Assembly (NCBI GenBank): GCA_029953675.1
Contig: JAMWBK010000003.1
Span: 1,302,001-1,366,000 of the forward strand
Origin: Rhodosorus marinus CCMP1338
Taxonomy: Eukaryota; Plantae; Rhodophyta
Length of the DNA: 64,000 nucleotides
Direction: 5' to 3'
Below, one piece after another: positions 32,890-44,971 of this stretch. How positions within the stretch are numbered: position 1 is the stretch's first letter; each line of letters starts with the position of its first letter. A program made the translations under genes and the position numbers. Under the pieces are notes generated by a model. The model worked only from the letters and a program-made list of their open reading frames with translations, ran no database searches and was not told where the DNA came from.

Positions 32890-33065
32890 ACACGCGTTAG
32901 CCCTGTCCCCACTCGTACGAGCACTACGAAACCGGTTTCAGACGATCACTCTTACCGCAATTCATGACGACCTCACCTGGGTTTATTGGCTTTGGCTTGG
33001 CTTTATTGGACTTTACTGGACTTTACTAGCATAGCCTGAAGCGCTACGCAAGGCGTGAAGATGAA

Positions 33066-36000
33066 CTAATAACTAGGGAGAGAAGCATGCAACCCCAGGC
33101 GCCGATGGCGCGCCTCGGAAAGCATGTCGCTGGAATATCGCCAAAGGGAGACACTTAAACGCCTCAAGAGCGCCAAATATTCAGTAGGATGCTCAGCAAA
33201 ACATTTCCGCAACCACTCTAAACCCGACTTATCGACGTGACCAAAGCTTTCCACAATGAATGGCTGGAACCGGTGAGAGCGACCCTCAGCGCAAGTCAGA
33301 CTGGCCATGCTCTCAGCATACCGTCGTTCCTTAACTCTTCGAAGGGCTGAAGCCGCGGCCCCCCGGCGGCGGGCGGCTGCGGTGAGGTGGGCGCTGGCCA
33401 CGGGGCAGGTAATCGCAAGGTCCACATATGTTGAGCGTCTGGCAGCAGCGTCGGAGACGAGGAGATCGGCTATACAACGGGGCGGTGCAGAGTCCGAGAT
33501 GGATCTGGGCAGTTCCGACTCAACCTCAACCGTATGCCCTATCCGAGTCAAAAATTCGCTGAGGATGTACTTGAGGCGAGTGTGACGCCTCGTACGGAGA
33601 CCTCGCAACAGTCCGCAGGAACCCAGGAAGTGGTAGCCACAAGCGTCAATCCGGCTCTCACATCCCTGACAGAAAGACGGCCGATTAGAGTGCCACGGAG
33701 CCTGTGGCAAACCGAGATAGATCCGTGCGGCAGAACGGAACTGGAAAGCATCGAGACGATGACTCAATGACGACGGTAGAGTGGTTAACCACAAGTGCGA
33801 GAGGTGGCCTCCCATGCCGCGGAGACGAGCGGCAGTGGTAGGCGGCGTGAGAGGAGAATTGAGCATGACTGTGTGAGCGGCACTGTGTTGGCCCCAGGTG
33901 AGGCTATGTTGAATCACATCAGCGCGGGAGCTCCACAATCGGCTCAAACCCGGGTAGTCTGCAACAGGGGACCCGGGGCTAGCCTCTCCGTCATCGGCAA
34001 GAACTCGGTCGAGGGGACAATCCTCAATCGCTTCAGCTCGTCCCCATAACAGCTCCCTCCAGGAACGAAAGCGGGACCGATTTGCGTCCGGCACGGCGTT
34101 GCACCTCCTGAACGCGTGTTGAAGACAATCATAAATTGTCAAAAGCGGGGGCGGCAGGGTCACTGGATCCTCGTTGGTCAAAGCTCGAGCCAAGAGGCAG
34201 GCACTTCGCATCTGGAAGGTCACCAACGTTCGCAGCGCGGTAGCCCAGGAGGCAACCGCCGCTGGCGAGCATACCAGCCCACGGTCTGCGACGCCGAATC
34301 CCCTAATCGCAACGGTAGAGCGATCTGTGCACGAATTAAGTCCCTGTCGGGAGCAGCTTCAAGATCGAGGGGCTCATCCAAGAGCGTTCCCCAGTGTTGC
34401 AGGGTCATTTCGTCGGCTGTAGCCGCGATCCACGAGCCCCAAGCTGGAGGCAGGCTGCGCAACCAGTAGTTGAGTCTGGGACCGGCACAAAAGCGGGAAA
34501 GCAAGCAGGCCGATTGCAGCATGCTGTCGGGTAGGTGCTCAATGGCGTCGGTGAGTTGCTTGTGCCGTGCCAAAACTCGCTCGCAGGATGCTTGGACAAA
34601 GTTGTCAGTCCCCAATCCGACGCCGTGGTGTTCGAACCCTTCACGTTCGCTGATTAGTCGCAGAGTGGGTGGCAAAGAGTTCAGCGACACGTCCCTCGCG
34701 GGGAGAAAGCGACATTTTTCTGTTTCCACAGTCAAACCGACGCGACGTGCAATCGCTTCGATCGCGGTCAGTCCCCTAGCCAGGGTGTCAGGGGTGCCCA
34801 GCAATGTTACGTCATCGTGGTACGCGCAGATTCGAAGATCCGAGACCTCAGTCGAAAGACGTAAAAGTACGAGCTGTAGGGCACAGGCATGAAGAAGAGG
34901 TCCGCAAGGGTCGCCTTGTTGGACGCCAGTATGTGCTTGAAAAACAGTGCCCTCCGTTGTCAAGTAGGGGAGGCTCTCCCCTCCGTAAATACCCGATAGA
35001 AACGGCCACGCCTCCGGAAACACACGTCGGAGCACCTCTAGCGCATGCGTCCGCGACACGCTGTTGAATGCGTTCCGGAAATCAACCACCAAGACTCCCC
35101 AATCCGGCCTACTGGCGCGTTCTAGCTCGATCCCATGGGTGATCAGTTCGCAACCCCCAGAAAATCCCACCCCTACTTGCAAGGGCGCCATAAAAGCTGT
35201 GACGCGCTGGCGAAGGCGCTGGCATAGCCACCTCCCGGCTAACTTCCGTAGGCTCTCCACCATCCCGATCGGCCGGAGACGCGGGTGGGCCGGCTGGTGG
35301 TCAGGTTTCGTGAGCAAGCAAAGCTGTGCCTGCCGGAGATGTTCCCATGGCGCAGACGCACCCGATACGCCCTGGAACAACTTGTTAAGGATCCTCAGAA
35401 GCGCGCTCTGGCCAGGCTGGCTCAGGGCCTGCAATAGCTCTGTTCTTAGTCCGGAGGGTCCGGGACAGCGTCCCCGACGCGAGGTAGGAAGCAAATCCTC
35501 CAGGTCAGACTCACTGAGCGTCAGATCGATGCGAAACCTGGCCAACTCCGGACGGTCCAAGAATACCTCGAATTCAGGGGACAAATCCACGTCGGACTCA
35601 GGGAACAAAGACGACACCGTCTGGGCGAGACTATCATCGTAGGGGAGGACAGGCGCCTGGCCCTCCAAAACCCGCGCCGCTCGACTTAAATCGCCCACTG
35701 CTACCAATTTCTGTACTCGAGCCGGCACGGGCGACACTGTGCCATGCCGAGTCCGACGGGCGGGTGGTGCTGACGACGCCAAATAGCTGCGCTGTAGTAC
35801 TTCGAAGTCTCCCTTCAAGAACAGGGCCAGTCGGTCTCGTACTCGCCATCTGCGCTCCGATGTGTGAATGGGGGCCAGAATCAGGCGCGGCATGACCCCC
35901 AGAAAAACCCAAATGACTGTGTCCCGAATGTTGCGAGCCAGGCTCGTGAAGATGAAATCGAGAATGGTTCCAGCTACTAGAAGGTCTCCACGAGGAAGGA

Positions 36001-36136
36001 CGACTGGGGGAATGCCCCCACGGAGGGGAAGCGAGCCTCCTTCCAAAGAAATCCACCGCCGGAGCCAACTCCGAAAACGCGTACGCCAAATGCCCCAGTC
36101 TCCGCCCTCCTTCAGGACATAAGACTGTAGATCCAT
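33066..36136 (-). pseudogene. Family B ORF2 (RT-ZnF-RLE) with one frameshift
   Basis: RPIGMVE, VDFRNAFNS, GVQQGDPCGP, AYHDD, C-x2-C...H-x3-C, RRHTRL, IADLL, FQPFIVESFG; a 1-bp loss near 34290 at the LGGFG motif. Confidence 0.92.
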
Positions 36137-36167
36137 AGGCTGCGACCTCGCAGCCGTGCCTGGAGCG

Positions 36168-37577
36168 CTAATCGTGCTTCTCCCCCTTAGACCCGGGGGA
36201 GTCGGTCCTCGCTCTCTTACCTCCTATCCGCACCAAAGTCGTGAGCCGCCCACTCCGCGAGGCTCGCGGAACGGATCCCGCGGGCTTCAGCAAAGTAACC
36301 TGGGCGTCAACCACCGCCATGCCCTCAGTCTGCTCCCCTGCCTCACCACTCTCGCTGGAAGTAGTGCTGGAAGCAGAGCCCTCCAAAATCCCCACCCGCT
36401 GCAGCTCTGTCTTGTAGCGCGAAGTCAGCACAAGTCGCCTCTCCAGATCGAAGAAATTGGAAACCGCCATGCGCAGGTGACGAGGGCCCGACCGGAACCG
36501 CTCCAACAAGATCCTCTCAAGGCGCTGAATCCGTAGCCAATGGATCGCTGCCGCCTTCACGCTGCTCTCATGCTCAGAGAGCCCTGCCGTTTCTCCCGGA
36601 GACAGGAAATTGCCCGAGAAACGGTCAAAATCGAAGTGCAAAACCACCTGCGGGTTGCAGCGCAGCCACCGGGCGCTCTCAGGCCACTGCTCGGTAGGCT
36701 TCGCCAGCAAGGCCTCCAGGTACTTGGCGGCGGTTGCGGAGACCAAAAACAGCACATCGCGGCCCTCATAGTTTGCGAAGAAGAAATCACCCCGGCTGCA
36801 CCCTAACGATTCCGCAAAAGTGTCCCGGAAGTCTCGCATAGACGGAACCTGTCCTCGTGTAGTCTGGGGCCGGACATTTCGCACCCACAGAAATTGGAGA
36901 GTGGTCTCCACAGGTCCATCCTGAGGCTCGCGAGATGGTAGGAAACGGAGCATAGCCGCCGTACGTGTGGCAGTGGTGCCCTTCCGCAAGACTGATGCGT
37001 ACGAAGCGCCCCCCTTGCGGCCACCACGTGCCCCCGAAGTAGCCGGGAGCTGGTGACCACCTGAGGGCTGGTCCAAGAGAGGGAAGTCCACAGCTGCAGT
37101 CTCCTCCACACCGGTTGCCGCACAGTCACCACCACCATTGCCTCAAGTCCCCGAGCGCTGAAGCGCGTTTTGGCCCGGCCTGCCGCTCCCCAACGTCGTA
37201 CTGTCCGGCGCAGAAGCAAAAGCCCTCGCCTGTCCCGGGACAGGTTCATGTTGATTGACCGGATGTTGACTGCCTTCAGCCAACGCTGCCACTCTGGGGC
37301 ATTTCAAATTCTCGTCCGAATTTGAATTTGACCTGGCCAGCAATCCCGATTCCAGCCCACCTAGCTTCTGGGTGAGCTGAGGGAGCACTCCAGGATCACT
37401 CGCAGCCGTGATCAGGCTGGTGACAGCGGAGATAAGTGCACGCGCCTGGGTGCCAGAAGCGCCTTCCAAGTCAACCTCGGAAGAAAAGGTGCCGCAGCTG
37501 AGGCGAACACGGAGTCCCCCACCTGGCAGTGCCTCCTTGGGAGGAGGCTCCGTCGAGCGCGGAGATATCCCTACCAT
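36168..37577 (-). pseudogene. Family B ORF1 with one nonsense codon
   Basis: ORFs 37143-37862 and 36168-37109 are in the same frame; the TGA at 37143-37145 is CGA in the chimeric copy (19562). The start is inferred at MVGISPRSTEP. Confidence 0.75.
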
Positions 37578-37855
37578 CCTGAGGGAATCCGCAAAGGAAA
37601 CGTTGCACCACCAATATGAAACCGCACCGAGAGAATAATCGACCAAACCCAACCCAAATAGGAAAGGCCCCGCAACACACCCACCCGGAAGACAGAAGTA
37701 GTTGCAAATGCAAACGACGCCCCGCGGAAAATCGAGGGGAAGGCGTACCAGAGGAAGCGCTTCCCGTAAACGAACACGCTCGCGACCGAAAAAGAAACAA
37801 AACCCCAATCCTCGACAACAACTACGCTGGACCCCGGACTTGCTCAACTCGCATG

Positions 37856-40800
37856 TTAGCATAGCCTAAAGCGCTACGCAAACTTTGAAAAGGAAATAAG
37901 AACTAGGTAGGGAAGCGTGCAAACCCAGGCGCCCATGGCGCGCCTCGGCAAGCATGCTGCTCGAATATCGCAACAGAGAGACACTTAAACTCCGAAAAAG
38001 TTCCAAGTTTCAACAGGATGCTAAGTAAAACCTTTCCGCAACCACTCCAAACCCGCCTTCTCCACGTGACCAAAGCTTTCCACAATGAAAGGCTGGAACC
38101 GGTGGGAGCGACCCTCAGCGCGAGGCAGACTGGCCATACTCTGAGCATACCGTCGTTCCTTCACGCGGCGAAGGGCCCAAGCAGTTGCTCCCCGGTGGCG
38201 GGTGGCAGCCGTGAGATGGGCGCTTGCCACAGGGCATGTAATCGCGAGTTCAACGTATGCTGCGCGTCTGGCGGCAGCATCAGAGACGAGGAGATCTGCG
38301 ATACAGCGGGGCGGTGCCCTGTCCGAGACCGATCTGGGTAGTTCCGATTCCACCTCAACCGTATGCACTACCCGAGTCAAACATTCGCTGAGAATGTACT
38401 TGAAGCGAGTGTGACGCCTCGTACGAAGACCTCTCAACAGTCTGCCTGAACCTGAGAAATGGTAACCACAAGCATCGATCCGACTCTCACATCCCTGACA
38501 GAAAGACGGCCGCTTAGAGTGCCATGGAGCTTGTGGCAAACCCAGGTAAATCCGTGCGGCAGAGCGAGACTGGAACCCATCCAGACGGTGACCCAGTGAT
38601 GACGGCAGGGTCGTTAACCACAAATGTGAAAGATGGCCTCCCATGCCGTGGAGGCGAGCAGCGGTGGTAGGCGGTGTGTGGGGAGAGTTGAGCAAGGTTG
38701 CGTGAGCGGCACTGTGTTAGCCCCAGGTGGGGCTATGTTGAATCACATCAGTGCGCGAGCTCCCCAATCGGCTCAGACCCGGGTAATCGGCAACCGGTGA
38801 CCCGGGGCTAGCTTCCCCCTCGTCGGCGAGTACTCTGTCGATGGGAGAGTCCTCGAGCGCCTCAGTTCGTCCCCATAACAGCTCCTTCCAGGAGCGAAAT
38901 CTGGATCGGCTCACGTCCCGCACGGCGCTGCACTTACTGAATGCCAGTTGCAGAGCATCATAGATACTCAAAAGCGGTGGCGGAAGGGTCACGGGGTCTT
39001 CGTTAGCAGTGCTCTAGCCAAAAGGCAAGCACTTCGCACCCGAAAACTCACCAAGGTGTGAAACGCGGTAGCCCAGGAGGCGACCGCCGCAGCCGAGTAT
39101 ACGAGTCCACGGTCGGCCACTCCAAATCCGCCTAATCGTAAAAGTAGGGCAATCTGGCCACGAAATAGGTCCCCGTCAGGAGCGGCTTCCACATCCAGGG
39201 GTTCATCCCGACTTTACGAGCATAGCCTGAAACGCTACGCAAGGCGTGAAGATGAACTAATAACTAGGGAGGGAAGCATGCAGCCAAGAGCGTTCCGCAG
39301 TGCTTCAGCGTCGCCTCATCCGCCTTAGCTGCCATCCACGAGCCCCAGTGCGGTGGAAGGCTTCGCAGCCAGTAATTCAGTCGGGGGCCGGCACAAAAAT
39401 GGGAGAGCAGGCAAGCCGATTGGAGCATGCTGTCCGGTAGGCGCTCAATGGCGTCGGTGAGCTGCTTATGGCGTACTAAAACTCGTTCGAAAGAGTCTTG
39501 GACAAAGTTCTCACTCCCCAAACCGACGCCATGGTGCTCGAGCTCCGCATGTTCACCAAAGGCTCGGAGACTAGGTGGCAGGGAGCCCCTCGAAACTTCA
39601 CGCGGGCCGAGAAAACGGCATTTTTCGGGTTCCACGGTTGGACCTACTCCACGTGCGATTGCTTCGATCTGGGTCAATCCCCGAGCCAAGTGCTCAGGGG
39701 TGCCCAGCAACGTCACATCGTCGTGGTAGGCACAGATGCGAAGCTCCAGCACCTCAGCCGCCAGTCGCTGGAGCACGAGCTGGAGGGCACATGCGTGAAG
39801 TACAGGCCCACAAGGATCACCCTGTTGAACGCCAGTACGTGCTGCAAAAACAGAGCCCTTCGTTGTCAAGTAAGCGAGGCTCCCCCCTCCGTAAATACCG
39901 GATAGGAACGACCACGCCTCCGGGAATATCCTTCGAATCACCTCCAAAGCATGCGTCCGCGAGACGCTGTTGAACGCGTTACGGAAGTCAACCACCAAAA
40001 CGCCCCAATCCGGCCTACTGGCTCGCTCGAGCTCGAACGCATGAGTGATCATTTCGCAACCCCCGGAAAATCCCACCCCTACCTGCCAAGGCGCCATAAA
40101 AGCGGTGACTCGCTTGCGTAGGCGCTAGCATAGCCACCTCCCGGCGAGCTTCCGTAGACTCTCGGCCATGCCGATCGGCCGGAGACGCGGGTGTGCAGGC
40201 TCGTGGTCGGGTTTCGTTAGCAAGCAAAGCTGTGCCCGTCGAAGATGGTCCCAAGGGGCAGACGCACCCCCTGCACCCTGGAATAGCGTATTCAGGACCT
40301 TCACCAGTGCGCTCTGGCCTGGCTTGCTCAAGGCCTGAAGTAATTCCGTTCGTAGCCCAGAGGGTCCAGACAGCGTCCACGCCGGGAGGTCCGGAGCAAA
40401 TTCTCCAGATCAGCCTCACGGAGCGTCTGGTCGATCCGAAACCTGGCTAACTCTGGACGGTCTAAAAATGCCTCGAATTCGGGGAGCAAGTCGACGTCGG
40501 ACGAGGGGAACAACGCCGACGCAGTCTGGTCGAGGCTCTCGTCGCAGGGGAGTACAGGCACCTGACATTCCAAGACCCGTGCCGCTCGGCTCAGGTCGCC
40601 AACCGCCACCAATTTCTGCACTCGAGTCGTCCTAGGCGAGGCTGTCCCAGCACGAGTCCTCCGGCCGGATGCCTCGGATGGCGCCAAGTAGCTCTGCTGC
40701 AATACCTCAAATTCCCCCTTCAGGAACATGGCCAGTCGTTCTCGGACGCGCCATCTGCGCTCCGATGTGTGAGTGGGAGCCAGAATAAGTCGCGGCATGA

Positions 40801-42200
40801 CTCCCAAAAATTCCCACATAGCGACGTCCCGTTGATTGCTCGCCAGATTCTGGAAAAGAAAATCCAGGATTGTCCCAGCCATGGAGAGCTCTCCTCGAGG
40901 GAGGACAAGAGGCGGAATCCTTCCCCGGAGGGGTAAGGAGCCTCCTTCCAAAGAAATCCATCGCCGGAGCCAACTCCGCAGGCGCGTGCGCCAGATGCCC
41001 CAGTCTCCGCCCTCCTTGAGGACACAAGACTGCAGGTCCACTGGCTGCGACCTCGCAGCGGTGCCCGGGGAGCTAATCGTGCTTCTCCCCCTTAGACCCC
41101 CGGGAGTCGGTCCTCGCGCGCTTGCCTCCTAACCTCACCAAACTGTTCAACCGGCCACTCCGCGAGGCTCGTGGGATGGCTCCCCCGGGATTCAACAAAG
41201 TAATAGGGGTGTTCTCGACCGACATGCCCTGCGGCTCCCCTTCCTCGCCACCCGCACTGGAATTGGTGCTTGGAACAAAGCCCTCTAATACTTCCAAACG
41301 CCGGGCTCTTCCTTGTGACTTGAGGCCAGCACAAGGTGTCTCTCCCGGTCAAAAAAGGTAGAGGCGGCTGCGCGCAGATGGAGTGGACCCGACGCAAAAC
41401 GCTCCAACAGTATCCGCTCCAGGCGATGGATGCGAAGCCAATGAATGGCTGCAGCTTTCACACTGGTCTCGTGCTCAGACAGTCCCGCTGTTTCTCCGGG
41501 AGAGAAGAGAGTGCCGGAAAAACGGTCGAACCCGAAATGCAATACGACCTGGGGTTGAGAACGCAACCAGCGGGCGCTCTCAGGCCACAGCTCGGTAGGC
41601 TTCTCCAGCAGGGCTTGCAGGTACGTGGCAGCGGTTGCAGTGACCACAAAGAGGACATCGCGACCCTCATAATTTGCGAAAATGAAGTCTTCGCGGCTAC
41701 ACCCCAAAGACTACGCAAAAGTATCCTGAAAATCTCGCATGGACGGGACCTGGCCCCGTGTAGTCTGGGGCCGGACGTTGCGCACCCAGAGAAATTTGCA
41801 AAGTAGTCGCCGCAGGCCCGCCCTGCTGCTCGCGCAGGGCGGGCCGCGAACGCCCTGACCGTCTTCAATCGTTGTTTACCCGCTTAAGTTTCCTGCTGGT
41901 AAAGTCCAGTTTCCTGCTGTGGCGCATGAATGCCGCTTTGATGTTGGAGGCGCGAGTACTTCGCCGCGCTTAGTCTTTTTTTCCCCTCGGGGGTTTTTTT
42001 TTTCAGCCTCCGATTAAACCATTCGTTCGCTGCTCGCGAGAGGGTAAAAATCTTAGCATAGCCGCCGTCCGTGCGGCTGTGGTACTCTTCCGCAGAACTG
42101 AGACGTAAGACGGGGCCCCCTCGGGACCACCGCGTGCCCCTGCCTTGGCCTGGAGCTGTCGCCCACCTGAGGGCGGGCCCAGGACGGGAAATTCCGCTTC
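37856..42200 (-). mobile_element. Second B subfamily (B2), long but decayed, containing nested insertions
   Basis: Continuous homology to B1 from ORF1 (SYVSVLRK, 42025-42200) through RT (GVQQGDPCGP, AYHDD) to the 3' hairpin; interrupted at 39209-39283 and 41835-42028. Confidence 0.9.
41835..42028 (+). mobile_element. Short family C insertion inside B2 ORF1 with 10-bp TSD
   Basis: GCTGCTCGCG at 41825-41834 and 42029-42038. Confidence 0.9.
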
Positions 42201-42202
42201 AG

Positions 42203-44187
42203 CTGACATTCGAAGGGGGGTACAACAGGGTGATCCCTTGTCCCCTTTCCTACATGCCCGTGGACTACAACTCGTCTTGCTTTGTCTTCGCTCCGAATTC
42301 CCGCAGGTTCGTACGGTTGCATACCACGACGACGTGTGCCTCCTGGGGCCCCCCGATACTCTAGCGCTCGCTTATGATCGTCTCCGCTCCTTGGCTTCGC
42401 TCCTTGGCTTCGCGGGTTGACCTGGAGGTTAATCATCACAAATCGTTCTACTGGGGAGGTGTAGCTGCACAAGAGCAGCAGGTACCTGCGTCGTTCCAGG
42501 ATATTTGGAGACCGGATGGTTTCGTCCACTTAGGCATCCCCTACGGGCCGCCGTCCTTCGTTGAAGGCGAGTTGCTGCAGCTCCTCGGTAAGCACAGACA
42601 GCTGGTTGCAGAGCTTCGACGGCTACCTCCGGGCTTTCTCCAGTGCTCGTTGTTGCTGTTTCGGTATTGTTGCAGTCAGCGGTTAACCTATTGGCTTCGC
42701 TCACTTCCAACTCATTGGGGCCGGTGGTTGGCCACTCGTGCGGATGCTGAAAGTTTCCGTGAACTTGGGTATTTTCTCGATGAGGAGCTGAGCGCTCTGT
42801 CGCGACCCACCTGTGATGTTGTGCGCGCCCAGGTAGGCCTCCCATTGCGATTGGGGGGACTGGGCCTCTGCAACCGTGTTGTGGTCCAACCTGCAGCCGC
42901 AGTAGGGGCCTGGGGAACCGCACTTCCCACTTTGAGCAGTTTGGGTATCTCGAAGTTTCGCAATTTGATGGCGAGCCTCTCGCGAGGTGTCTTGCTTCCC
43001 AGCGTACCGGAGACCGCCCAAGACTTGTTTCTGGAGCTCCAAACCGCCCTGAATTCCTGTACTAGTCTCCCCGAAACCGTTCAACCCCGTCTTCCTGACT
43101 GGCGAGCTGTATTTGACCGCTCTCGAGGCTCCGCCCCGGGGATTCGTCCTGCGCCTGAACCTGTTCTAGGGGAGATTGACCCAGTGGTTGCCGCAGAAGA
43201 AGAAGTTCCAGTTGATCCTCCTGATGATTCCCAGCGCGCTGGGAGCCGAGCTCAAGCACGCACGGATGCGCTGCAAAATATCCTTTCTTGGGACTTGCAC
43301 CGTGCTGCATATGGCCGACTCCTCGCGCAGATGGTCTCATCTTCTCGCGCTCGCGCCCGCCTACGTAGTCTTGGAGGGGTTCTTAGCTCTCAGTGGCTCA
43401 TGACCGTACCGGCCTTTCCGCCACTCACACTGTCGGATTTCGAAGTTCGTACTTCACTGCGCTTATACCTCGGCTTACATCAGCCCCCCTGGCCGTACGA
43501 GATAGGTTCGTCGTGCCCTCTCTGCTCTCAGACTGAAGACAACGCAGATTTTGGCGCCCACCTGCTCGCTAGTTGCCCGGCGGTGAAAGGTGCTCGAACC
43601 AGCCGCCATACACGGATCTTGAACCTGTTATACCGGGAACTTCGGCCTATAGTCCGGCAAGCCGGTCTGGAAATCGAACGTGAGAAACCTTTACCCGTCG
43701 CGGACTTTCAAAATGATGAACGCCGTGTAGCCGACCTGGTGATCACCTGTGACGACAGCCGCCGTACCACATACGTTGATCTTGCTGTTCCTAACCCTCA
43801 AGCTAGTCGTTATCTCCCGGCTGCGGGGGAGCGCCGTGGATCTGCCGCCGCCAGCATGAGACGCCGCAAAGAGATCAAATACGCGGGGGCTTTGTCTTCC
43901 CCTGGTGTTCGTGCTTCGGCACTAGCACATCGCTTGGTACCCCTGATCATTGAGTGCTTTGGGTTCATGGACTCTGTTGGTTCTCGCTGGCTTCGGGAGT
44001 TGTTCCGCGAACGCCCTGACCGTCTTCAATCGTTATTTACCCGCTTAAGTTTCCTGCTGTGGCGCATGAATGCCGCTTTGATGTAACCATTCGTTCGTTC
44101 GATGTTGGAGGCGCCAGTTCTTCGCCGCACTTAGTCTTTTTTTCCCCTCGGGGTTTTTTCTTTCAGCCTCCGATTAAACCATTCGTC
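42203..44187 (+). mobile_element. Family C, 5'-truncated at the RT motif GVQQGD
   Basis: AYHDDVCLLG, PLRLGGLG, CPLC...HLLASC, RHTRI, ADLVI, LVPLIIECFG; 3' UTR T-tract and tail. Confidence 0.93.
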
Positions 44188-44971
44188 GAAAAAACTGAGT
44201 ACAGCAGAACTGCAAGTGAATGTACGACAGCTGTTGGGTTTGCCGATACCGGGAATACGGACGTCGGGGAAGTGTACTTGTTGTGGTAGTAGTCACGGTA
44301 CTAACAGAGTACAAAGAGTTCACCACTGTCCAACATCGACGGGACTATGGCAGCGAAGGCACGACAAAATCTGTACGGAGCTGGCGCGAAGGCTGAATCG
44401 CTGGAATTTCATCGACATTAAGCAAGAACAGGAGGGGTACTTCGAGAACTACCGACTAAGACCGGATATCATTGCCACTCATCCCAGGACGTTCCAAAGG
44501 TATGCGCTGGATGTGACGGTTACATCGCCACTCCAGGAGAAGTGCGTGAATCGGAGTGGGTCAGAGAACGGATATGCAGCGAAAAGAGCGGAGAGGTGGA
44601 AAATCGCGCATTACAAAGAGGCTATGTCAGTGGAGAAGGCAGATGACAAGTTCATTCCCATTGCGATCGAGAGCTTCGGGCGTACAGGACAAATGGTGCA
44701 AGAATTTTCTACGAGAAAGCTGCAAGCATTTGTTGCACCGGAGCCTAGAGCTGAGCGATGTTCGGGCTCAGATCAACCGGAAATTATGGCAGGGGAACGC
44801 GGAGATAGCGATAGGCGCTCTGAGAGTGGACCAGTTGGCGAATCCACTGGTCCCTGTTTTTTCTTTCGAACGTAGGATGAGACCCCGGTAGCGGGGTTAG
44901 CGTAAGCTTTTCCCTAGATAGTAGTAGCAATAGTGATACGCTGCAGTAGGCAGCTGCCCAGTAAAGTTTAC
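44188..44971 (+). mobile_element. Family A 3' fragment (ZnF + RLE + 3' UTR)
   Basis: KCTCCGSSHG...HHCP, RRHDKI, RPDII, FIPIAIESFG; ends CCCAGTAAAGTTTAC. Confidence 0.9.

Larger units (their letters stand above)
32982..37855 (-). mobile_element. Near full-length family B (B1) non-LTR retrotransposon
   Basis: ORF1 from ~37577 to 36168, ORF2 36136-33066, 3' hairpin and tandem (TAAAGTCCAR)n tail. Confidence 0.93.

Noticed and set aside
34804-36536. Numerous plus-strand ORFs within B, and equivalent antisense ORFs in A and C
   Set aside because: Shadow ORFs of GC-rich retroelement coding sequence; they recur only because the elements are repeated.
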